From the NCBI GenBank assembly GCA_965215365.1, contig CBDCDS010000003.1:2176001-2240000 (forward strand): a stretch of 64,000 nucleotides of DNA. The letters are read 5' to 3'. Both the position numbers and the translations under genes were made by a program. Shown in pieces: positions 20,040 to 29,354 of this stretch; the first letter of the stretch is position 1, and each line of letters opens with the position of its first letter. The stretch is from Gammaproteobacteria bacterium (lineage in GTDB: Bacteria; Pseudomonadota; Gammaproteobacteria; Eutrophobiales; Eutrophobiaceae). The notes under the pieces were generated by a model. The model was given only the letters and a program-made list of their open reading frames with translations, was not told the DNA's origin and ran no database searches.

Positions 20040-21308
20040 ATGTCAAACAAACACCTTGAAAAAGACCCCAGTTGCAAGGACGACTTTGACCCGAAGTCAC
20101 TGTCGGCCCATGCTGCCCTGGAGCAGGTAAAGGCTGGCGTCAAACCCATCAGGGGCATCGAGAAAATCGCCATTCGGGAGGCGCTGAACCGTATCCTGGC
20201 CGAGGATATCCGTTCCCGCATCAATGTGCCTTCCGGCACTAACTCCGCAATGGATGGCTATGCGGTACATGGTGCGGCTATCCCCGCCGACGGCACGGCC
20301 GAGTTGACGGTGCTAGGTACGGCCTGGGCCGGCAAGCCCTTCACCGGCACGGTCACGCCTGAAGGCTGTGTGCGTATTATGACCGGCGCAATCATGCCGG
20401 CCGGCACCGACACCGTGATCATCCAGGAGGACGTACAGGTCACGGCAACGGGCATCAGGATCGACAACGCGACCGGCGGCGGCGACAATGTGCGTCAGGC
20501 CGGTGAAGACATCGCCGTCGGCGACCTGGTATTGACCCGGGGCCGGCGCCTGAACCCCGCCGACATCGGCCTGCTGGCTTCGCTGGGCATGGCCGAGGTC
20601 TGTGTGACGCGGCGCCTGCGGGTGGCGTTTTTTTCCACCGGGGATGAACTGCGTTCCCTAGGTGATTCCCTGAGTGACGGTGCCATCTACGACAGCAACC
20701 GCTACACCTTGTACGGGATGTTGACGCGCCTGGGCACCGACATCATCGACATGGGCGTAATCAAAGACGACCTGAACGCCTTGGAAGACGCCTTTGCTGT
20801 GGCCGGCGCCAATGCCGACGTCCTCATTACCTCTGGCGGCGTCTCCGTCGGCGAGGCGGATTACATCAAGCAAGTCCTCGCCAAGCTGGGCCAGGTGGAC
20901 TTCTGGAAAGTCGCCATCAAGCCCGGCCGCCCGCTCGCCTTCGGCCAGGTCGGTGACGCCGTATTTTTCGGACTGCCGGGCAACCCGGTGTCGGTCATGG
21001 TGACTTTCTACGAGTTCGTACAACCGGCGCTACGCAAAATGACCGGCGAGGATACCACCGGCGCGCTGACCCTGAAAGCGCGTTGCGATTCCCACCTGAA
21101 AAAACGCCCCGGCCGGGTGGAATACCAGCGCGGCATCCTGCAACAGGACGCCGACGGCAACCTGACCGTCAGCAAAACCGGCGCCCAGGGCTCCGGCATA
21201 CTCACCTCAATGTCGCAAGCCAACTGTTTTATCATTCTGCCACTTGAAGCAAGCGGCATAGAACCGGGCATGTACGTGGATATTCAGCCTTTTTCGGGGT
21301 TGATTTGA
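20040..21308 (+). CDS. moeA: Molybdopterin molybdotransferase
   Basis: SAMDGYA, RIMTGA, STGDEL, TSGGVSVG, KPGRP, GLPGNPVS. Confidence 0.97.
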   Translation: MSNKHLEKDPSCKDDFDPKSLSAHAALEQVKAGVKPIRGIEKIAIREALNRILAEDIRSRINVPSGTNSAMDGYAVHGAAIPADGTAELTVLGTAWAGKPFTGTVTPEGCVRIMTGAIMPAGTDTVIIQEDVQVTATGIRIDNATGGGDNVRQAGEDIAVGDLVLTRGRRLNPADIGLLASLGMAEVCVTRRLRVAFFSTGDELRSLGDSLSDGAIYDSNRYTLYGMLTRLGTDIIDMGVIKDDLNALEDAFAVAGANADVLITSGGVSVGEADYIKQVLAKLGQVDFWKVAIKPGRPLAFGQVGDAVFFGLPGNPVSVMVTFYEFVQPALRKMTGEDTTGALTLKARCDSHLKKRPGRVEYQRGILQQDADGNLTVSKTGAQGSGILTSMSQANCFIILPLEASGIEPGMYVDIQPFSGLI

Positions 21309-21329
21309 ATGACAGATAAAATGAGAGAA

Positions 21330-21497
21330 ATGATGCCACAACTAGATGTTCTTCAATCCATTCTGAGAGATAGCAATTACAATCTGTCTCTGTTCTCGGA
21401 ACATGAGCTCGGTGCACTGAGAGAAAGGGTCCAAACCAGACATAAAGGAGAAAAATAAACCCATTTTGTGAAATGTATTATTCGAAATAACGAATAA
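21330..21497 (+). pseudogene. Remnant of RM restriction/N6-methylase N-terminus
   Basis: LQSILRDSNYNLSLFSEHELGALRERV..GEK*THFVKCIIRNNE* with in-frame stops; resembles HsdR_N-containing RM enzymes from memory. Confidence 0.5.
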
Positions 21498-21547
21498 ACG
21501 GCGATGGATTGGCTGAATACACGGGCACAGGGGCATATGCAAGATGG

Positions 21548-21964
21548 CTACAAGCAGGATTGCTGTGAAATATAGTCTGTCATTGATGTGGCAACCGAAG
21601 GGAATGCTTCATGAATTTTTTTGTCTTCGGTGACAAGTGAGCAATTAAGATATTCCGCAAGAGCAACAAATTCGCAGTCATATGACGAGCAAGCACTTTT
21701 GTCTACATACTTGAGCACTTGTGAGGACGCAACATCAAACTCGTTGTTGAGCATAACCGCCTCAGCAGACTCCTGCAGTTGCAGCGCTCGTTGAAAAGAA
21801 ATCTGCTTCTTTCTCAAATAAAGCGCCAACACACTGCGAAATTCACTTCTCCATAGAACAGGCGCCGCCCAGTTCGAATCAAGCCGGTACAATCTATCAG
21901 CTGCATCTGAATAGGGGGTAGGCAACAAAAAATAGGAGATAATATTGGTATCCGCAACGATCAC
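21548..21964 (-). CDS. PIN-domain toxin (VapC family)
   Basis: MIVADTNII, SEFRSVL, SSYDCEFVALA, LVTED. Confidence 0.92.
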   Translation of the reverse strand: MIVADTNIISYFLLPTPYSDAADRLYRLDSNWAAPVLWRSEFRSVLALYLRKKQISFQRALQLQESAEAVMLNNEFDVASSQVLKYVDKSACSSYDCEFVALAEYLNCSLVTEDKKIHEAFPSVATSMTDYISQQSCL

Positions 21965-22203
21965 AGGCGGCCTTCATCAATGGCGCGACTGATGTCTTCT
22001 GCGGAGACAACATCAGGCCGGATCTGTGAGCGGAGCATGCGGATATCCCTTAGCCTGTCCTCTGGCTTGATTCTTACAGACTGCAAGCTGCGTTTAAGGC
22101 AAACGATCACCTCACTGTTAATGCTCCGGTGATGGTGCTCGGCGGCAAGTTTGAGATCCTGATAGAGGTCATACGGAATATTTTTTATGGTCAAGGCAGG
22201 CAT
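21961..22203 (-). CDS. Arc/FitA-like ribbon-helix-helix antitoxin
   Basis: MPALTIKNIPYDLYQDLKLAAEHHHRSINSEVI; 4-bp overlap with PIN gene. Confidence 0.88.
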   Translation of the reverse strand: MPALTIKNIPYDLYQDLKLAAEHHHRSINSEVIVCLKRSLQSVRIKPEDRLRDIRMLRSQIRPDVVSAEDISRAIDEGRL

Positions 22204-22234
22204 TGAACGCATCTCTGTGCAAGGCTGTGCTGCC

Positions 22235-22263
22235 ATTGTGGTTGCATTATGGAATATTGTCAA
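22235..22263 (-). promoter_or_regulatory. Sigma70 promoter of the FitA/PIN TA operon
   Basis: TTGACA-17 bp-CACAAT on minus strand. Confidence 0.55.
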
Positions 22264-22269
22264 TAAATA

Positions 22270-22430
22270 ATCCTGAAGGACAAGTAAGCAAGAGCTTAAG
22301 GAACTCGATAACAGACTTGTGTCCGACCCGCACCTTTATGGTTTATTCCGGTGATGATACCTATCCCGTGGCCAGGGATATCGACGCTATCGGCTTGATA
22401 GGTTGCCGTCCTGGTCGATTGCGCACCTGA
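22270..22430 (+). pseudogene. C-terminal fragment of AAA ATPase (DUF4143-type)
   Basis: SKSLRNSITDLCPTRTFMVYSGDDTYPVARDIDAIGL; no credible start. Confidence 0.5.
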
Positions 22431-22599
22431 AGCCGGAATCCTGAGCGGTGAGAAAATTCCGCACTGAATCCCGGGCGGTTCGAGTAGGCAGTTCTGTCAA
22501 GGGCATAATCAATAACTCAATGCTGAAAAAAGAGGGCGACAGTGATGCAAGATATTAGCATAGTTGGAATAGTTTAGCTTAATAAACAAGTGCTTGCGA

Positions 22600-23529
22600 C
22601 TACAACTTGATGTCCATCCCGTCGTAGGACACTTCCCAGCCGGCGGCTTCCACTTGCCGGCGTTCGGCGCTGTTGGCAAACAGGATCGGGTTGGTGGTGT
22701 TGATGTGGATGAAGACTTTACGCCGGAGACCTAGGTCTTTCAGTGCGGCAAGGGCGCCGTCTGCCCCGGAGACGCTGAGGTGGCCCATGCGTTGGCCGGT
22801 CTTGATGCCTACACCGTCGCGGATCATCTCGTCGTCCACCCACAGAGTGCCGTCAAAGAAAATCAGGTCGGCGCCGCGAATGCGCGTAGCGAGTTCCGGT
22901 GTCACCCGGGCGCAGGCCGGCATGTAATAAAATGACTTGCCATTGTTAGTATCTTCCACATACAGGGCAATGGTATCCTCGGCGACGGAACCGAAATCCT
23001 TGCCCTTGCTTTCGTCTTCTAGCCACAGCGCCACCTTACCCGGCACGGCAAAGGGCGTTATGCGTAGCCCCATGGCGTTGCCGTCCGGCCTTAGCAGTTC
23101 CAGAGATTCGTCCAAGGTCATGGGTTCGCGGCTGACGAATTTCGGGTTCAGCACATTGAAGATGGTATTCGCCTGTAGCACGCCCAATACCCGCCGGGTG
23201 GCATAGATGCGTAGCGGCTGCGATTCGCGCAGGTTCAGCAGTCCCGCCACATGGTCCACATCGGCGTTGGTCAGCACCGCGCCCATGATCGGGCTGTGGC
23301 GCAGATCTTTTTGCGGATGCAGGATGTCGTTGTCATTGATCTGCTGGCGCAGGTCCGGCGAGGCGTTGAACAGATACCAGTCCTCCCCGTCGGCGCTGAT
23401 GGCGATGGATGACTGAGTGCGCGACGGTGCCGCCGGGTCATCCTGTCTGGCCCGCCTGCTGTTGGGATGGTTGCAGTTCCACTGCGGGTAGCCACCGCCG
23501 GCGGCCGCGCCTAATACTCTGATGTGCAT
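22600..23529 (-). CDS. pqqB: PQQ biosynthesis protein B
   Basis: VLGAAAGGGYPQWNC, RTQSSIA, NASPDLRQQI, MGHL, FIHINTTNPIL. Confidence 0.97.
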   Translation of the reverse strand: MHIRVLGAAAGGGYPQWNCNHPNSRRARQDDPAAPSRTQSSIAISADGEDWYLFNASPDLRQQINDNDILHPQKDLRHSPIMGAVLTNADVDHVAGLLNLRESQPLRIYATRRVLGVLQANTIFNVLNPKFVSREPMTLDESLELLRPDGNAMGLRITPFAVPGKVALWLEDESKGKDFGSVAEDTIALYVEDTNNGKSFYYMPACARVTPELATRIRGADLIFFDGTLWVDDEMIRDGVGIKTGQRMGHLSVSGADGALAALKDLGLRRKVFIHINTTNPILFANSAERRQVEAAGWEVSYDGMDIKL

Positions 23530-23552
23530 TTTATAAACTCTGGCGTGTTAAG

Positions 23553-23620
23553 TCCGCAGATGACGCAGATGAACGCAGTAAATTTGCTTTATCTGCGTTC
23601 ATCTGCGTCATCTGCGGATA
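23553..23620. repeat. Near-perfect GCAGAT-family inverted repeat (empty element)
   Basis: TCCGCAGATGACGCAGATGAACGCAG-short loop-CTGCGTTCATCTGCGTCATCTGCGGA; overlaps moaE stop. Confidence 0.92.
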
Positions 23621-24056
23621 AATATCCGGTAGTATTCCGCTCGACCCAGCGCGCGCCGCCACTGACCACTTCCTTTTTCCAGAACGGCGCCTTGTGCTTG
23701 AGGTCCTCAATGATGAAGCGGGTGGCGTCGATGGCATCGCCACGGTGTGCAGACCAGGTGGCAATAAGCACAATGTCTTCGCCGACTTCAATGTCCCCGG
23801 TGCGGTGCAGCAGCAGGATGTCGTGTACTGCCCACTGTTCGACCGCCTGTGCGCAGATCTCCTGTAAGTGCTTCTCGGTCATGCCAGGATAATGCTCCAG
23901 GGTCATGGCGCCGACCTCCTCACCGTCGTTGAAGTCGCGCATCGTGCCGATGAAAATGCTGGTGGCGCCGGATTTACCAGGATTCCCGGTCGCCGTGCGC
24001 TGGTTCATTACTTCAGCCGCGGCGTCAAAGGGCGCTGGTCTCAGCTCTACCCGCAT
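23589..24056 (-). CDS. moaE: Molybdopterin synthase catalytic subunit
   Basis: FIGTMRD, LEHYPGMTEK, HRTG, SAHR, LKHKAPFWKKE. Confidence 0.96.
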   Translation of the reverse strand: MRVELRPAPFDAAAEVMNQRTATGNPGKSGATSIFIGTMRDFNDGEEVGAMTLEHYPGMTEKHLQEICAQAVEQWAVHDILLLHRTGDIEVGEDIVLIATWSAHRGDAIDATRFIIEDLKHKAPFWKKEVVSGGARWVERNTTGYLSADDADERR

Positions 24057-24068
24057 AATACGTAGCTC

Positions 24069-24302
24069 TCACCCGCCGGTAACGGGAGGGAAGAAGGCAA
24101 CCTCGTCACCCTCTTGCAATTCAGGGTCGCCCTTGACGTGTTCCATGTTAACGGCTACCAGCATGGACGCGGGCATTTCAGCAGCGCCGCTGGCCCAGGT
24201 CCAGACCTCCGAGACCTTGAGGCCGGGCTTGAAATCCAGCCGGTCTTCGGCGCGCCCTAAATCCTCGCGGATGCGGGCAAAAAACTTGACTTTGATAGAC
24301 AT
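24069..24302 (-). CDS. moaD: Molybdopterin synthase sulfur carrier
   Basis: KVKFFARIRE, GDEVAFFPPVTGG; start MSIK at 24302. Confidence 0.95.
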   Translation of the reverse strand: MSIKVKFFARIREDLGRAEDRLDFKPGLKVSEVWTWASGAAEMPASMLVAVNMEHVKGDPELQEGDEVAFFPPVTGG

Positions 24303-24328
24303 GTGTTGTCCTGCGTGCCAACCTTTAA

Positions 24329-24412
24329 CCTGCAAATCTCACCAAGTCGCTTGTTGCCTTATGGAACATTTTTGCTATCAATAAGTTATGATAATTTGGT
24401 GAGATATGCGGG
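24329..24412. mobile_element. Short MITE (84 bp), same family as 38963-39201
   Basis: TIRs CCTGCAAATCTCACCAA / TTGGTGAGATATGCGGG, flanked by TTAA and TTAG; first ~60 bp match the larger copy. Confidence 0.85.
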
Positions 24413-24459
24413 TTAGGTATTGTCGTATTATACGCATAACACACCAAGAATGAATCTTT

Positions 24460-24945
24460 ATGGCAAAACTGACACATTTTAACGAGACTGGCGAAGCACA
24501 CATGGTGGATATCGGCGGCAAGGATTCAACACGCCGTATCGCCATCGCTGAAGGAACCATTACCATGCAGGACGGTACGCTGAAGCTGATTATGGAGGGA
24601 GGGCATAAAAAAGGAGAGGTGCTGGGAATCGCCAGAGTGGCCGGCATCATGGCGGCAAAGAAAACTGCGGAACTGGTGCCGTTGTGTCATCCGTTGGCGC
24701 TCAGCCATATCGATATAAGCCTTGAACCCAGACCCGCTGAGGGCGCGGTGTATTGCCAGGCCCGGGTGGAGACCATCGGCCCCACCGGGGTTGAAATGGA
24801 GGCGTTGAACGCGGTGCAGGTGACCCTGCTGACGATCTACGATATGTGCAAGGCCGTGGACCGGGGCATGAGCATCGAGACGGTGCGGCTGCTGGAGAAA
24901 TCAGGTGGAAAGTGTGATTTTTCGTTTCCGTTTAACCATACTTGA
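24460..24945 (+). CDS. moaC: Cyclic pyranopterin monophosphate synthase
   Basis: [46 protein letters not shown]. Confidence 0.97.
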   Translation: MAKLTHFNETGEAHMVDIGGKDSTRRIAIAEGTITMQDGTLKLIMEGGHKKGEVLGIARVAGIMAAKKTAELVPLCHPLALSHIDISLEPRPAEGAVYCQARVETIGPTGVEMEALNAVQVTLLTIYDMCKAVDRGMSIETVRLLEKSGGKCDFSFPFNHT

Positions 24946-25321
24946 TGTACTTGAAGCGCGGATCGTCCGGCGTGCCGTCCAGGGCGCTGTCTGCGTCCAC
25001 ACCGGGCTGCCACATGACGACCTCTTCGATTTTCCTTGCCAGTTCGAAGTCCTTGTCTGTGACCCCTTTAGCCGCGTGGTTCATCAGTTTGACGACCACG
25101 AAGGCGTAGCTGGCGCTCAGGTCAGGGTGGTGCCAGGCTGCTTCGGCCAGATGCCCGACCGTGTTGATCACCATTAGCGTACCTTTCCAGCCGCTGGTGT
25201 TGTATTTGCGCCGGATCCAGCCGTCTTCGTAATACCAGTGCGGCAGCTCGTCCTTGAGCCGCTGTTCAATCTCGGCCACCTCGTAGGTGGTGTCTTGCGT
25301 TGCTTTGCGCCACTTTGCCAT
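24932..25321 (-). CDS. Pterin-4a-carbinolamine dehydratase family protein
   Basis: [27 protein letters not shown]. Confidence 0.9.
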   Translation of the reverse strand: MAKWRKATQDTTYEVAEIEQRLKDELPHWYYEDGWIRRKYNTSGWKGTLMVINTVGHLAEAAWHHPDLSASYAFVVVKLMNHAAKGVTDKDFELARKIEEVVMWQPGVDADSALDGTPDDPRFKYIKYG

Positions 25322-25333
25322 GGTTGTTCTCCG

Positions 25334-26065
25334 TTATGGAATACGTTCGGACTGACATTGTAGCAAATTGTTGTTTTTGGGCACTCTACTTTTGGGAATC
25401 AGTTTCCTGATTTCTGCCACTTTGGCAGTGTCTATCTGCGCAGTACGCCGGTGTTGTTGACACAAGGCAGCGCGAAAGCCCAGGTAGTCCGGGTTAATAC
25501 GCAGCAACGGCATAATATCTGCACAGGTAAGAGACCCTGCCAGACCGGTGAGCAGTCCTGAATGTTGGGCCTGATTCACAAATTCAGCCAGCGCGCCGTC
25601 ATCAAGTTTGTCCCGCAGGTTGCCGTTTGCTTTCTCGCAGGTATCCAGCATGACCCCGGTGATGCCTCCCCGTCGAAGCTGCTGAAAATCGATGGCAGCT
25701 GGATACAGTTCGGCAAAAAAAACCAGCACCATGGAGATACCCCGGCCTGCGAGGCGCTCCAGGACGGATAGCATGAACGGTGAGAGAGTCCGGTCAAACA
25801 CGCCGACCTTGACGATATCGACGCCACAGGCGTGCATGCCGATGACGCGAGCCTCCAGTTCCCTGGCATAGACCGGGAGGTCGCCGATAGTGGCGCTGAG
25901 CAGGGTATTGTTATCCGGCAGCAACGCGCTGGCGCGTACGCTGTCTTCATGCAGCGCACCCAGTGCCCCCCGGGTCGGGTCCTTCAGGTCGATCACGTCC
26001 ACCCCCAGCGCACACACCCGCTGCGCCTCAGCCGGCGATGCGACACTGGCAAGAAATCCGGTCAT
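25334..26065 (-). CDS. mfnB: (5-formylfuran-3-yl)methyl phosphate synthase (MfnB/Orf22, DUF556)
   Basis: LASV..AEA, DLKDPTRGALGAL, SATIGD, MLDTCEK, GLAGSL, PDYLGFRAALC. Confidence 0.88.
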   Translation of the reverse strand: MTGFLASVASPAEAQRVCALGVDVIDLKDPTRGALGALHEDSVRASALLPDNNTLLSATIGDLPVYARELEARVIGMHACGVDIVKVGVFDRTLSPFMLSVLERLAGRGISMVLVFFAELYPAAIDFQQLRRGGITGVMLDTCEKANGNLRDKLDDGALAEFVNQAQHSGLLTGLAGSLTCADIMPLLRINPDYLGFRAALCQQHRRTAQIDTAKVAEIRKLIPKSRVPKNNNLLQCQSERIP

Positions 26066-26078
26066 GGCCGGTCTTCGT

Positions 26079-26630
26079 TCATGCGTAATAATTCTCCACT
26101 TTTTCCAGCAACCATTGCCACGCGGTGCGCTCGTTCTCCCCGGCAGTCTTGCTGATGGCAAGGTCCAGATATTTCAGTTCCGAGCGAATCTTGTGCTCCG
26201 GCAGCAGGTGCAGGCGGCTTACCAGGATTGCCGCTTCGACCACCGCGGCCTGGGCGCGGTTGAAGCCCGGGAATGGCCCATGGGTAGCGCGGTACACCGG
26301 GCTACAGGTAAATACCGGCCGCAATTCGTGGTCCTGGCGGCTTGCGACCCGGACTTCTATGTGGGCCAGTGCCGCAGCCAGACGTTGGCAGGGGATCTGA
26401 GTCGCCGCCGCCAGCGGCCAGTCCCGGCGACCGGTCAGACACCCGGCGAAGATCAACACGTCTGTTGTGGCGTTAATCACCGCCACCCCGGAGTGTAGCA
26501 GATTATCCAGAGTCCGGGATGGCTTGAATGGGGCAATCAGGTATTTTTCGTGCCTGTGGCGAATGCCCATGGGGGCGATGTGCGTGCTCCCGTCCGGATT
26601 CATGGTGGTGATGACAGCTTCGTAAATCAT
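26079..26630 (-). CDS. DUF447 family protein (methylotroph Orf19-like, H4MPT-linked)
   Basis: MIYEAVITT..HIAPMG, APFKPSRTLDNL, FNRAQAAVVEAAILVSRL. Confidence 0.85.
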   Translation of the reverse strand: MIYEAVITTMNPDGSTHIAPMGIRHRHEKYLIAPFKPSRTLDNLLHSGVAVINATTDVLIFAGCLTGRRDWPLAAATQIPCQRLAAALAHIEVRVASRQDHELRPVFTCSPVYRATHGPFPGFNRAQAAVVEAAILVSRLHLLPEHKIRSELKYLDLAISKTAGENERTAWQWLLEKVENYYA

Positions 26631-28078
26631 GAGGATTTGCGCCTGCTCGCGCGTAACGTTGAGCCGGCGGATTGATATTCCTGCGCGGCACGATTCTTCA
26701 TATCGTGCGCGGACTGCCGGCGCTGTTGCCGTTGTTCGGTCTGTTCGGGGATGACTGCAACCCCCCAGTTCAGATCCTCATCCTGCACGTAACGCTTGCC
26801 CAGCTTCAGGGCGATCTCTGCCTTGGCCAACTCCATGCCCATATAGAAGGCATGAGGCGCATCGCGCTCCAGCAACTTCAGCGCCGGGAACAGCTGGTAG
26901 GGGTCCGGCCCCGTCACCAGACCGTCCCGATTAAACACGTGGATGCCTTCCGATGTGACTTCCACCCGGTAGCTGGGGTCGGTGATCTGTTCGGCCAGCT
27001 CCCGGACTTCGTCCAGGTCGTATGGAAACGGCTTGCGTTCATGGCCGGTCAACAGGCCGTGGTCGATACCCTTGGGCAGCCCCTCATCCTGTTTGGCCGC
27101 GTGCATGATGCGCCGGGCCCGATTCAGTTCGCGCACTACGGAACAGGCATGAGGACTGACTTCGGTTGCCAGCACGTGGTTGATATCCAGTTCCGATATG
27201 ATGCCGCACAACATGGCATTGATGCCGCTGGTGTCGGCCTCGGTCAACTCGGTAAGGTTGCCGGTGCCCATCAGGATTTCAATGCCGGGGTAGCGTTCCC
27301 GCAGCGCGTGGTAGCGGATAATGGACTCGGTAAAGCCAAAGTGCACCGGGTCCAGAATGCTATCAGCGATGAACGGCTTATCCTGTTCCAAGAAATGCTC
27401 TATCAGCCGGTACAAGGAAGACGTATCGGTGTGCTGCGCCGGGATCAGCACCGGCGTGGCCGCCGTCTCCTGCGCTATCCAGGCGCTGCCTTCATGCAGG
27501 CTGAGCAGGTAATCGGCACCGGCATTGGCGCCGCGCAACAGTTCCTTGTCGTCCAGGGAATCGACGCTGACCAAGTAGCCGGCCTCGTGCAAGGCTTGTA
27601 CGGCTTCCTCTAGGTGCGGGAACGGCGTGTCCGGCAGGCAACCGATGTCAATCACATCGGCGCCATCCCGTTGATAGCGGGCGGCCCTTGCCAGAATGCT
27701 TTCCACACTGAGCTGCGGCGCCTCCACGAGCTCGGCAAAAATACCCATGCTGTAGTCATCCAGACTGACCGGTTGCGCCGCGCGCCCGAAGAATACCGGC
27801 AGCTCCTTAACATCCACCGGGCCGCGCTGCACCGGTATTCCCAGCCGCTCACCCAGCGCCTCTAGGTCGCCCTGGCACAGCCCCGGCACAATGATGCGGT
27901 CTATACCTTGCACATCTTGCAGCCGACGCCCAATCATCTGTGCTGTCATCAGCGCGGCGACGCTGACCCCGATGTTGCGAACCTCGTAACCAAACTCCAC
28001 CGGCTGCATGGCGTTAAGCACGCGCTGCAAACGCTTTTGTGCAAGTTTACCGGTGAGAAAGAGAATCTGTTCGGTCAT
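26627..28078 (-). CDS. Dihydropteroate-synthase-related H4MPT biosynthesis protein (Orf20-like)
   Basis: ILFLTGKLA, VAALMT, GADVIDIGCLP, MGTGNLTELTEADTSG, HAFYMGMELAKA..GKRYVQDE. Confidence 0.85.
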   Translation of the reverse strand: MTEQILFLTGKLAQKRLQRVLNAMQPVEFGYEVRNIGVSVAALMTAQMIGRRLQDVQGIDRIIVPGLCQGDLEALGERLGIPVQRGPVDVKELPVFFGRAAQPVSLDDYSMGIFAELVEAPQLSVESILARAARYQRDGADVIDIGCLPDTPFPHLEEAVQALHEAGYLVSVDSLDDKELLRGANAGADYLLSLHEGSAWIAQETAATPVLIPAQHTDTSSLYRLIEHFLEQDKPFIADSILDPVHFGFTESIIRYHALRERYPGIEILMGTGNLTELTEADTSGINAMLCGIISELDINHVLATEVSPHACSVVRELNRARRIMHAAKQDEGLPKGIDHGLLTGHERKPFPYDLDEVRELAEQITDPSYRVEVTSEGIHVFNRDGLVTGPDPYQLFPALKLLERDAPHAFYMGMELAKAEIALKLGKRYVQDEDLNWGVAVIPEQTEQRQQRRQSAHDMKNRAAQEYQSAGSTLRASRRKSS

Positions 28079-28090
28079 GGAGCAGGTGAT

Positions 28091-28121
28091 TTATCCGCAG
28101 ATAACGCAGATTAGCGCAGAT
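28091..28121 (+). repeat. Solo GCAGAT-family arm
   Basis: TTATCCGCAGATAACGCAGATTAGCGCAGAT. Confidence 0.85.
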
Positions 28122-28359
28122 GATGGGAACATAAAAGTCACATTGCTTTCAGAGCGTTGGGAGATTGGGAATTGCCATTGGCTGATATGAACCACTCATC
28201 ATCGAATGGTTTAATATGGCGCCTTGTCCTGCTATAATCTTTTTCTTATCGGTCTTATAAATTATTGTTTTCCATGATCTATTTTTTCTAATGTAAATAT
28301 CATGGGAACTGGCATGATTTTCGCCCTGTTTATTTGAGCAAACAAACGCAGAGGTGTAG

Positions 28360-29094
28360 ATGGGCATTACCGCAACACAGGCTCCCTGGTCGCGACAGGA
28401 CTTTGAGCAACGCTTGCGCGACAAGGAGAAATATTACCATATTCATCATCCGTTCCAGGTATTGATGAACTCGGGCAAGCTGGACAAACCGGCAATCCAG
28501 GGTTGGGTAGCGAACCGGTTCTATTACCAGACCAGCATTCCCGTCAAGGACGCCGCGATCATGGCCAACTGCCGCGAGCGTGACGTGCGGCGCCAGTGGG
28601 TGCAGCGTATTATCGACCACGACGGCGAGCAAGGCGAAGACGGCGGCATCGAAGCCTGGCTGCAACTGGGCGAGGCCGTGGGACTGGAGCGGAGCGAACT
28701 GCTCGCCGAGGCACGCGTGCTGCCGGGCGTGCGCTTCGCCATCGACGCCTACTACAATTTTGCTCGCACGGCCACCTGGCAGGAAGCGGCCTGTTCATCA
28801 CTCACCGAACTGTTTGCTCCGAAAATACACCAGCAGCGGCTGGACAACTGGCCGCAGCATTACACCTGGATAGACGCCCGGGGATACCACTACTTCCGCA
28901 AGCGCCTGCGCGAGGCGCGGCGGGATGTGCAGCACGGCCTGGACGTGACTCTGGATTATTTCAAAACCCGAGCCGAACAGGAACGGGCGCTGGGTATCCT
29001 GCAATTGAAGCTGGACATACTCTGGACGATGCTGGACGCCATGTGGATGGCCTATATTGAAAACAAGCCGCCTTATCACTGCGTAGCAGGATGA
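28360..29094 (+). CDS. pqqC: Pyrroloquinoline-quinone synthase
   Basis: [43 protein letters not shown]. Confidence 0.97.
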   Translation: MGITATQAPWSRQDFEQRLRDKEKYYHIHHPFQVLMNSGKLDKPAIQGWVANRFYYQTSIPVKDAAIMANCRERDVRRQWVQRIIDHDGEQGEDGGIEAWLQLGEAVGLERSELLAEARVLPGVRFAIDAYYNFARTATWQEAACSSLTELFAPKIHQQRLDNWPQHYTWIDARGYHYFRKRLREARRDVQHGLDVTLDYFKTRAEQERALGILQLKLDILWTMLDAMWMAYIENKPPYHCVAG

Positions 29095-29354
29095 GCAACA
29101 TCCCTGAAATTGCCCCGACCTTCCGCTTCCAATGGGAAGAAGTACAGGACTGTTATGTGATCCTGTATCCGGAGGGCATGGTGAAACTCAGCGGCAGCGC
29201 CGGCGAGATCATGAAACGTATAGACGGCAGTCATAATACCGACGAGATCATCGCCGATCTCAAAAACGCGTTCCCCGGAGTCGAACTTGATAATGACGTG
29301 CGTAACTTTTTAGACAATGCGAGAGACAATGGCTGGATCAGATACAAAACGTAG
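29091..29354 (+). CDS. pqqD: PqqA-binding chaperone
   Basis: [21 protein letters not shown]. Confidence 0.95.
   Translation: MSNIPEIAPTFRFQWEEVQDCYVILYPEGMVKLSGSAGEIMKRIDGSHNTDEIIADLKNAFPGVELDNDVRNFLDNARDNGWIRYKT

Noticed and set aside
24932-24945. Short convergent 3' overlaps (moaC/dehydratase, pqqE/folP)
   Set aside because: A common consequence of compact gene packing; nothing suggests a function.
28125-28355. AT-rich gap before pqqC as pqqA or the 91-aa ORF 28149-28424
   Set aside because: I found no ExxxY precursor-like peptide in the frames I read; the ORF overlaps pqqC antisense and has no recognisable motif.
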